NCBI GenBank assembly: GCA_020184695.1
Contig: JAANOX010000218.1
Coordinates: forward strand, 1-64,000
DNA: 64,000 nucleotides
Direction: 5' to 3'
From: Histomonas meleagridis 2922-C6/04-290x
Taxonomy: Eukaryota > Protista > Parabasalia
Below the pieces are notes generated by a model, which was not told the origin of the DNA, ran no database searches, and was given only the letters and a program-made list of their open reading frames with translations. How positions within the stretch are numbered: position 1 is the first letter of the stretch; each line of letters starts with the position of its first letter. This document shows positions 12,234-20,638 of the stretch, in pieces. The position numbers were made by a program, and so were the translations under genes.

Positions 12234-12997
12234 ACGATAGCATTCAAATTTGTTTACAACCATTCTCATGTTCCAATTTCTTGGTATTCTTTATAGAGAG
12301 CATAGATAAAATTAATTAAAAAAGTTATTTTTATTCAACATCAAAATGCAGTGTCTAGTCGGAAAATATTTGCGATTATTTTAATATCTAAAATGGATTT
12401 ATATTCGAAATCAAAAGGATCAAAACAAGAGAGTTGTATTGCTTTATATTCAAAATGCAATCGAAATTCGTTTTTAATGTAAATTTACAGGATTTTCCAA
12501 TACTATATTGATTTTTGATGATATCACATTAAAAAAATTACAATTCAACAAAAAGGTAGTTGCCAAATGAATGTCATTCATGTTTTCATGATTTTGCATT
12601 TGATAAATCATATTTTAAAGGGAATTACTTTTGCAAATGGATTGATCAAAAAATTGTTTTTACCTATTCTTTGAATTCTTGGGTTGGAAAATTTTGCGAT
12701 TGGTAAAAACGTTTTGGCAAATTTTAGTTTAACACGCATGATTATCCATTTCTTTACATACTTCTATTTTCAACAGTTTTGACCTAACTTTCCATTGAAA
12801 AAATAGTCACGGAACATGCTTAACGTTCGAGTTATGTGATATGAAGTTGACGGACCATTTTTTTTTGTATAGTTTACGATTATCTGGTGACGTTTAAATT
12901 GGTGATAATTGAATACACAGATTTTATTTCAATTTAGCCAAGATTTCGTTTTCGGGCAAAACGACGCTTTTTCAATTTTTTCAATTTAAAGTATTTA

Positions 12998-14329
12998 ATG
13001 AATTCAGAACCACTTATGATGATCAAGGGTTGGCTTATGGAGAAGGCAAGCAAACTTTTATCATGTAAGCAATGGTATTGTACCTTATTCAAAAACAAAC
13101 TCTCATTTTTTGCAAATGAGCAAAGTTTATATCCAAACGAAATCATTAGACTCGATCAAATAAAACACGTTCATAAGATAAAATGTGAACCAAACCCAGG
13201 GTTTACTTTAGAACTTAAGGATAATAAGGAGAAATTTCTTTTTTGCAATTCTCAACAAGAAATAGAAAGATGGATTGGAGCACTGAAGCCTAAACACAAA
13301 GAACATCCAATGGGTGTTGATGATTTTGAGATCCTTCGTTTAATTGGCGAAGGATATAGTGGGAAAGTATATCTTTCTCGTTGTAAAATTAATCAGAAAT
13401 TATACGCTATTAAGGCCATTGACAAATACAAGCTTAACTCGCAGGCAAAAGCGTCACAAGTTCTTTCTGAACTTAACATTTTGATGAAAGCTAAACATCA
13501 GTTTATTACACATCTTTATTATGCATTTCAAGACTGCGAGAAATGTTATCTAGTTCTAGAGTATGTTGCTGGTGGCGATCTTCGCTTTCATCTTGAAAAT
13601 AATGATACATTTTCTCAAAAACAGATAAAATTATGGCTCGCTGAAATAGTAATAGCTCTTAAAACTCTACACAAAATCGGCGTTATTTATAGAGACCTTA
13701 AACCCGAAAACATTTTAATCGATGTTAAAGGTCATATAAAACTTGCTGATTTTGGGTTATCTAAGCAACAAGATGCAAATGATTCATCTTTTTGCGGAAC
13801 TGTTGAATATCTTTCACCTGAAATGTTAAATGGTGAAGAACAAACTTTTTCTATTGATTGGTGGGGACTTGGAATCCTCGCTCATAGGCTCATAACTGGA
13901 AGGCTTCCATTTTCCTGCTTTAATCGTCGTAAATTGTTCGAAAAAATTCGTTACGAAAAACCGAACATCCCAAAAACCGTCGATGAAGTCACCGCTTCGT
14001 TTATAAACGGTCTCCTTGAAAAGGATCCGAAAAAGAGATTAGGACCGAACATAACAGAGCATCCATACTTTGCTGGAATTGATTGGAAGAAGGTTGCAAA
14101 GATGCAAACAACACCGGAATTTTCTCCTTATGTTCCAAATGATGATAGTGTTATCAACTTTAGTGAAAATTATACAAGCGAAACTGTGCCATCATCACTA
14201 AGTTCAAACTCTGATGAATCAGTTTTGGATATTCAATCTTTTTCTTATGTTGATTGTTCAATTCCAAGAGTTATATCATTTGAAAATTATTCTGAAGCAC
14301 AAACTAAAGAAGGACTTTGTGCTAATTAG
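12998..14329 (+). CDS. PH-domain AGC kinase (Akt/PKB-like)
   Basis: N-terminal PH (IKGWLMEK...ERWIGAL), kinase motifs IGEGYSGKV, YRDLKPEN, DFG, CGTVEY, AGC C-terminal tail. Confidence 0.92.
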   Translation: MNSEPLMMIKGWLMEKASKLLSCKQWYCTLFKNKLSFFANEQSLYPNEIIRLDQIKHVHKIKCEPNPGFTLELKDNKEKFLFCNSQQEIERWIGALKPKHKEHPMGVDDFEILRLIGEGYSGKVYLSRCKINQKLYAIKAIDKYKLNSQAKASQVLSELNILMKAKHQFITHLYYAFQDCEKCYLVLEYVAGGDLRFHLENNDTFSQKQIKLWLAEIVIALKTLHKIGVIYRDLKPENILIDVKGHIKLADFGLSKQQDANDSSFCGTVEYLSPEMLNGEEQTFSIDWWGLGILAHRLITGRLPFSCFNRRKLFEKIRYEKPNIPKTVDEVTASFINGLLEKDPKKRLGPNITEHPYFAGIDWKKVAKMQTTPEFSPYVPNDDSVINFSENYTSETVPSSLSSNSDESVLDIQSFSYVDCSIPRVISFENYSEAQTKEGLCAN

Positions 14330-14442
14330 TTTTTGTGCTTCATATGTGTATTTTTAGTAAAGATTTCATGAAAACAATTTTAAAGTTTTTTGGGTGCCCT
14401 TTAAAATCATTTCATATCACATGTCTTTTGGTCATACATTAG

Positions 14443-15009
14443 ATGAGTAAAGTCAAAAGGAAAATCCCAAAGGTGATTAAACCAAATGACCAAAGAGTGG
14501 AACTTAATGCTCCAAAGAAGCCAGAAGAAAAAGCACCGGATAATGATGAAAATTTTGTCCCATCAAATTTATTCTTTAGCTATAATCCAGACCTTGGACC
14601 ACCATTTCGTGTTATTGTTGATACAAACATGCTTTGGCAAACGTGTGCAGATAAAATAGATTTGATTGATGGGTTACAGAAATGTTTAGTTGCAAAAGTG
14701 ATTCCTGTTGTTACAGATTGCGTCATTGCAGAATTAGAAAAACTTGGTCGTAAATTCCATTTAGCATTAAAATTAGCAAAGGATCCACGAATACGAAAAA
14801 TTAAATGCGGATGTAGAGGAAATTATGCAGACGATTGCATTGTAGCAATGGTTCAACAAAACAGATGCTACCTTGTTGCAACAAACGACAAGGATCTCAA
14901 GCGAAGAATCCGTAAGATTCCAGGTGTTCCAATTATGTATTTGCATAATAATAAATTCCAAGTTGAACGACTTCCGGATAGTGATTTTGGCGGATCGCGA
15001 AACTTTTAA
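14443..15009 (+). CDS. FCF1: rRNA-processing PIN-domain protein FCF1/UTP24
   Basis: FFSYNPDLGPPFRVIVDTN, YADDCIV, VATNDKDLKRRIRKIPGVPIMY. Confidence 0.95.
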   Translation: MSKVKRKIPKVIKPNDQRVELNAPKKPEEKAPDNDENFVPSNLFFSYNPDLGPPFRVIVDTNMLWQTCADKIDLIDGLQKCLVAKVIPVVTDCVIAELEKLGRKFHLALKLAKDPRIRKIKCGCRGNYADDCIVAMVQQNRCYLVATNDKDLKRRIRKIPGVPIMYLHNNKFQVERLPDSDFGGSRNF

Positions 15010-15044
15010 ATGTCATAAATAAATTTAATATTAATTAATTTTGT

Positions 15045-15438
15045 TTATTGATATACAAATTCATTGAATTTCTGTACAGCAAAATTATATGCAGAAACAT
15101 CTACACCATCCATTACTTGAAATATCAGAGTCGTGATGATAGGTTGTGGTGCAATCTTGAATTAGAAATAAAATATACTGGATGAAGAATACCATAAACT
15201 TGAACTTGTTGTTTTTCTGTAAGATTAAAATTAAAAACATCTGGGATGGAGCATTCAATTTGTGCTTCCCCATTAGTTATGATCATTTTATTCGTGACTA
15301 AATCAATTCTAAGAATCAGAAATAATAAAAAAACTTTCCAAAAACTCTAACTTTTTTCCCACCAAACGCGCCCTTTAGAGCATCGTTGATGGTGACATAG
15401 TGAGCATAATCCTGTGGGTCTGGATTTTCAAGGCTCAT
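15045..15438 (-). CDS. TEN1-like OB-fold protein (CST complex), 114 aa, three exons
   Basis: Exons 15438-15335, 15308-15179, 15155-15045; spliced product MSLENPDPQDYAHYVTINDALKGAFGGKKVRVFGKIDLVTNKMIITNGEAQIECSIPDVFNFNLTEKQQVQVYGILHPIAPQPIITTLIFQVMDGVDVSAYNFAVQKFNEFVYQ; ends TAAA. Confidence 0.7.
15156..15178 (-). other. 23-nt spliceosomal intron (intron 2 of TEN1-like gene)
   Basis: GTATATTTTATTTCTAATTCAAG; TCTAAT branch-like motif next to the 3' AG; removal restores the frame to the MDGVD..AY C-terminus. Confidence 0.75.
15309..15334 (-). other. 26-nt spliceosomal intron (intron 1 of TEN1-like gene)
   Basis: GTTTTTTTATTATTTCTGATTCTTAG; contains an in-frame TGA; removal restores the frame. 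Confidence 0.7.
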
Positions 15439-15849
15439 GAAACAAATTAAACAGGAACTTCATAACGGTTTTATTCAAAAGACAATTTTTTAAATTGATT
15501 TTAATCGTAATTTCTGTCCATCAATCCTTTTAATAAAGGATGCTATTATAGGTAAAGATCCTGAATGTACCAAAAAATCAAAAATTATTTATTATTTCAT
15601 TTTCATTTTCTTCTGATCTTGAATTTTATCTTTATGATTTTGAGCATTATTTCTTTGATAATTATTTCTTTAACATAGACACAATAGTGATATCACTATG
15701 TAACGAAGTTGTATATGTATTTGATTCAGAATACATATTATATTAATGAATTCGCGTGTTGGCATTGGCGTTAATATACTTCAACTGTTTCTATTCCCAA
15801 GCTTAAATTTCCAATTTCTTCATCTTAATTTCCTATTACTAATAAGCGA

Positions 15850-16135
15850 TTAGCACCACAAAATTTTTTGCTGAATCTTTATTGAAATCACTATCAGCAC
15901 ACTAATTGATTTTATTAATGAATATACATTTTAATTTTATGCAAAAAGAAAATGCGCTACCAGAAATAGTTTTAATATTCTTCTTAAGCATAACAATTTT
16001 CAAGTTACTATATTGGGAAAAGGTTGAAAATCAAATTGTGTTTTTTGACAGTCTCAACTCACGACTCCAATCTTAACATTTTCTCCAATTATTACAGTTT
16101 CTAAGTTACTACATTGAGAAAAACACAAGTTCCAT
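15850..16135 (-). pseudogene. BspA-like leucine-rich repeat remnant
   Basis: Fragments CFSQCSNLETVIIGENVK and MLKKNIKTISGSAF fit the TpLRR/BspA consensus; frames broken. Confidence 0.45.
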
Positions 16136-16181
16136 GGAAATAAAAATTTTTTTATTAAAAACACAAACTTACGAGTTATTC

Positions 16182-16736
16182 CTATTCATCTCCATACGTC
16201 TTCGGCTTACCTTTGAATAAATCATTCTTTCGAAGATCTTCAACTGTTAGTCGAACACCATCCGGATAATCCTTTTTGAACTCAAGAGGGAAGAAGCCAT
16301 CATAAATATCTTGAAAGAAGTCAGATGAGTGTGGAATGTTGTAAGGGCGCAATTCGCCATTGTTTAATGTAAACCCATCATCCAAAAGTGTTATCTTGAT
16401 GGGCTTTTTGTGGCCAACTTTGGTAACCCCGCTTTCGTTTTTGAAATCCAGCTCTGATTCAACAAGATCATTAAGATCATGAATCTTTTGCATAAATAAA
16501 TTCATATCTGTTGGTCCTCGTGGAAATGCCAAATTTTTTGGACCAGGGCCACCTACCCATTGTAAATCATAATCTGCTAAAAAATCTGTTATTTCTTGAA
16601 TTTCTTGTTTGTGTTTTTCTCCCTTTTCTTGTTCCTCTTGAAGAACCTGTTCAAGTCTTTTTATTTCGGCCAGTTTTTCTTCGGCAATTCTTTCCAAATG
16701 AGCAATTTGCTTTTTATAATTTATTTCTTCACCCAT
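16182..16736 (-). CDS. UBXN11-like SEP-domain protein
   Basis: Coiled coil, FLADYDLQWVG, and DGFFPLEFKKDYPDGVRLTVEDLR as in UBXN11/SOC. Confidence 0.8.
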   Translation of the reverse strand: MGEEINYKKQIAHLERIAEEKLAEIKRLEQVLQEEQEKGEKHKQEIQEITDFLADYDLQWVGGPGPKNLAFPRGPTDMNLFMQKIHDLNDLVESELDFKNESGVTKVGHKKPIKITLLDDGFTLNNGELRPYNIPHSSDFFQDIYDGFFPLEFKKDYPDGVRLTVEDLRKNDLFKGKPKTYGDE

Positions 16737-16950
16737 TTGTAAAAAGTGCTATTTAAACGTACGTTATTTACTTTGTTTCTATTTTAGGCGAAATACACCA
16801 AAAAAACATATTTACTTGCGTTTGAAGCACCAAGTAATGTTTTGTTTAATAATTTCAAACATTTGATTTCATAAACTTAATTTTCTTAAATAATCAATGT
16901 GAATCTGTAAAGAAATTATAAAAACTAATCTATTTATTTACATAAAAACA

Positions 16951-17997
16951 CTAACATAATACACAACAGCAGTTTGGAGTATTTTGACTCGATTTGTTTA
17001 TCAATGGATCATCATATTTATATCTCTTAGGTGCTTCAATTTCATCCGGTATAGTTGTATCTGACGTAAATGAACTCCAATTTTTCTTTAAATCTTCGAT
17101 TTGTTTGGTATCATCTTCACAATTACCCATAAACAAAATTTGTGGATGCCAATCCCATTTATCTGTGTCTTTTACACCATGCTCTTCCTTTGCTTCGCGA
17201 AGGAGCTCTTTAATTTTGTCATAATCTGGACAATCCTCATAGTTAAGTATTGATATCATTGACCAGATCGTAGAAAATTGTGGAGCAATTTGAGATCCAA
17301 TTTCTCCTACTTGAAGTCGACGCTTCATGTGTAATATTTCTGCGCGGCTTTCGGCACGTTTCCATGGAAGTCCGATCATTAAATCAATGGTAAGATAGTA
17401 CCAAGAAATCAAATCATCCCTACGCGAGAGCTCCTGATGAATGTGAGCATTTGGAGATGCATAAATTGCAGTACCACGGAACCCTGGATGTTCTCTTGGA
17501 GGAAGATGTTTTTTATTTTTGTCTATGTAAAAACGCGATAAACCAAAATCAATAAGAGCAATAGGCATTTCATTAGAGCGCCTTAGTAAAACATTTGAAG
17601 GTTTAATATCTCTATGAATAATTCCAAATTCATGTATTTTTTGAATTGCTTCAAAAATAAATGTAACAACTCTGATTCCTGTAGAAAAGGAAAGGTGATG
17701 ACTTTCGATTCGTTTAACAACGGATGATAATGATGGCCCAAGAAGTTCCATTGCTAACCATGTTGAATCATCTGTCTTTCCAGAAGAGTAATAAAGCGGA
17801 AAATAAAGGTTAGGTGAAATTAATTTAAAAATCGAAATTTCGAAATCAAGAATTTTTCGTTGGGATGTTTTTGGTTCAACTTTAAGTGCACACATTTTAT
17901 TATCTGTCGAATCTCTAGCGACGTAAATCTCGCCAAATGATCCTTGCCCAATTTTGGTTCCGACCACCAGATTTCCAATTGTTTTCCCCTCGAGCAT
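16951..17997 (-). CDS. Casein kinase 1 family (CK1/TTBK-like) kinase
   Basis: IGQGSFGEIY, HRDIKPSN, DFGLS, GTAIYAS, SRRDDL; C-terminus CCCVLC. Confidence 0.95.
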   Translation of the reverse strand: MLEGKTIGNLVVGTKIGQGSFGEIYVARDSTDNKMCALKVEPKTSQRKILDFEISIFKLISPNLYFPLYYSSGKTDDSTWLAMELLGPSLSSVVKRIESHHLSFSTGIRVVTFIFEAIQKIHEFGIIHRDIKPSNVLLRRSNEMPIALIDFGLSRFYIDKNKKHLPPREHPGFRGTAIYASPNAHIHQELSRRDDLISWYYLTIDLMIGLPWKRAESRAEILHMKRRLQVGEIGSQIAPQFSTIWSMISILNYEDCPDYDKIKELLREAKEEHGVKDTDKWDWHPQILFMGNCEDDTKQIEDLKKNWSSFTSDTTIPDEIEAPKRYKYDDPLINKSSQNTPNCCCVLC

Positions 17998-18006
17998 TGG
18001 AAACCG

Positions 18007-18053
18007 GCGGTTATAACGGTTAAAGCGGTTGAAACGGTTTTGGTCTAACCTTT
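18007..18053 (+). promoter_or_regulatory. Bidirectional CK1/RPL36 promoter: four RCGGTT (M3) copies plus CCTTT (M5)
   Basis: RCGGTT at 18007, 18016, 18025 and 18034 (9-bp period); CCTTT at 18049, 12 nt before ATG. Confidence 0.75.
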
Positions 18054-18060
18054 TTGGAGA

Positions 18061-18327
18061 ATGTCTGGAGCCGAGAAAGAAGCTGTTAAAGTCGCAAAGA
18101 GGAAGGGATCAAGCGGAAAGCGCGCTAAGTTTGTCCGTGAGGTTATTCATGAACTCGCTGGTTGGTCTCCTTATGAACGTCGTGCTATGGATCTTATCAA
18201 ATTAGAAAAGAGGAAGTCAGCTCGTACCTTCCTTAAGAAGCGCCTCGGTACACACAAGCGCGCAATGCATAAGCTCGTATATCTTGAAAACATTATTCAA
18301 GAAGAAAATATGCAACACCATCACTAA
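18061..18327 (+). CDS. RPL36: 60S ribosomal protein eL36
   Basis: KFVREVIHELAGWSPYERRAMDL...KKRLGTHKRA. Confidence 0.97.
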   Translation: MSGAEKEAVKVAKRKGSSGKRAKFVREVIHELAGWSPYERRAMDLIKLEKRKSARTFLKKRLGTHKRAMHKLVYLENIIQEENMQHHH

Positions 18328-18749
18328 ACAGATAAGGTCAACTGAATTGTTTTTTCTATTTAATTACAAACGCTTCTTGACAAGTAATTATTTTAATGAA
18401 ATTTGATTAATGTAATTATAAGCAAATGAAATTTTCTTTTCAATGAATGTCATTTAATGAAAAACTTAAAAACATTGGCCTTAAAGTGTATATTCATAGC
18501 AAGACGTAGCGGTGATATCATTCTTTCACGAAATGCTTGCACATAGTTTTGAAAAAAAAGTGCACAAACAAAAAACACTTTTTGAAATGAAATTCAATCG
18601 ATAACGATCGAATTTATCGGAAGAAAAATCATATGAGCAATTGAACACAAGTAAGTTCAAGAGCAATTGTTATTCAGAGCAGATTCGACTTGAATCATCA
18701 AAAAGCGTAAACAAAAAATTTATTTAAACATCTCAAACTTCACTACAAC

Positions 18750-19018
18750 AAACTTATTTCATTCCATATTTAATTATGTTTCAAAACAATATTTATTTCA
18801 TTCCATATTTATTATGTTTCAAAACAATATTTATTTCATTCCATATTTATTATGTTTTAAAACAATAACTTATTTCATTCCATATTTATTATGTTCCTAA
18901 ACAATATTTATTTCATTCCATATTTATTATGTTTACTAAACAATAACTTATTTCATATTTATTATGTTCCTAAACAATATTTATTTCATTCCATATTTAT
19001 TATATTTACTAAACAATA
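18750..19018. repeat. AT-rich minisatellite, left part (34-39 bp units)
   Basis: About 7 tandem copies of AAACAATA(AC/T)TTATTTCA(TTCCA)TATTTATTATGTT(CCT/TC). Confidence 0.9.
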
Positions 19019-20296
19019 TAGGGTGGCCGATAAGTAACCGGAATTTTGATGTGTGTTGAATTTCGAAAAAAGTATATAAATAAAAAATTATTGTTTATTG
19101 AATGTAGTTTCCATTATTAGCGACACAGGCTTCAAGTCGACGTATCCATTCAAAAAACAAAGATTTATAAAAATCTTCACTTTTTGAGGCGAAAAATTCT
19201 TTAATGGCTTCTGTTAGATCATCTTCTGTTTCAAATTCATTTCCAGCAAAAGAATTCTTCATAGTTCCGAACAGGCCAAAATCGCATATAGCTAGATCGG
19301 GTGAATATGGGGGATGAGACAGAATAATGAGGCCCGAATGTCTGAGATGCTTATCAACGGTTACCGCCGAATGACAGGGTGCATTATCGTAGTGCACCAG
19401 GAGCTTGTGTTTCATATTTCTTGATTTCTTCATAAGTTCAGAACCTTCGATATTCATTAAAATGTTATTTATATAATAATTGGCGTCAATTTTAACGTGT
19501 GTTGGTTTGACGTCAATTAATTGTACCCCCTTTCCATTGACAAAAATTGTAAACATCGTCTTTTTTTAGAAATGGATTTCTTCAACTCTTTCTTCTAGAT
19601 CATCTACATCAACTACCCACTTACTTTTATATTGGTAGCGATATATAAACCATGGCTCATCCCATGTTAATAAGAATTCGAAGCCTGTTGCTTTTTCTTG
19701 TTTAATAATTGGGATAAGAATCTTCGCCAATTTTACTCTGCAACTTTTTCGTTCGGGGGTTAAAAAGTGCGGAACCCATCGAAGATTCATACATTTATAT
19801 ACCAATGTTTGAGTAAGATGCCTTAATATTGTATCATGTGATACATGTAACTCAAGTGCAATCTTACGAGATGAGGAGAATGGCTCCTTTTTGAGATGAT
19901 CCTGGATTGAGACGATTAATTGTTCGTCTATCGGTCTTCCTTCCTTAGGCAGATTATTTAAATCTTTTCTGCCCATCTTTATTTCTTTAACTCAAAAATA
20001 CACTTGGGTTTTTGAGAGGGCTTCGTCCCCATATACATCTTTGAGTTCCTTGACTATATCAAGAATCCTCATGTTTTTGCGTAGAAGATACATGATGACG
20101 TACCTTTGTTCCATCTGCTTATCGTACAATTTTTAACGTACAGTGGCCGTTTTTCGATTTTTCTCTATGATCTAAAGGAATTAAATTCTCAAACTCATAA
20201 CTATAAATATAATTTATACAAGCTATTTATATATATATTTATTTTGTTGATAAGTATTATGTGGGGGGAAATTCCGGTTACTTATCGGCCACCCTA
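19019..20296 (-). mobile_element. Mariner (DD34D) DNA transposon, 1278 bp, non-autonomous copy
   Basis: Perfect 28-bp TIRs TAGGGTGGCCGATAAGTAACCGGAATTT (19019-19046 and 20269-20296); TA target duplication at 19017-19018 and 20297-20298. Confidence 0.97.
19095..20114 (-). pseudogene. Mariner transposase, inactivated
   Basis: MEQRYVI...HTH, WVPH, TWDEPW, HYDNAPCH, YSPDLAICD with 34 residues between D2 and D3; TGA at 19992-19994 and a frameshift near 19585. Confidence 0.95.
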
Positions 20297-20575
20297 TAAC
20301 TTATTTCATATTTATTATGTTCCTAAACAATAACTTATTTCATATTTATTATGTTCCTAAACAATAACTTATTTCATATTTATTATGTTCCTAAACAATA
20401 ACTTATTTCATATTTATTATGTTCCTAAACAATAACTTATTTCATATTTATTATGTTCCTAAACAATATTTATTTCATTCCATATTTATTATATTTACTA
20501 AACAATAACTTATTTCATATTTATTATGTTCCTAAACAATAACTTATTTCATATTTAATTATGTTTTCACTTAAA
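20297..20575. repeat. AT-rich minisatellite, right part
   Basis: About 8 copies, mostly exact 34-bp AAACAATAACTTATTTCATATTTATTATGTTCCT (e.g. starts at 20325, 20359, 20393). Confidence 0.92.
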
Positions 20576-20638
20576 CAAATATTTATTTAAAATCGATTTT
20601 ACCAAATTTGATTTTATTGAAGACAATTAAAACTTCAC

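Noticed and set aside
11317-12296. Multiple ORFs overlapping RPL13
   Set aside because: Antisense or alternate-frame shadows of a highly biased ribosomal protein gene
18750-20575. Tandem repeat as a CRISPR array
   Set aside because: No unique spacers, no cas genes, eukaryotic context
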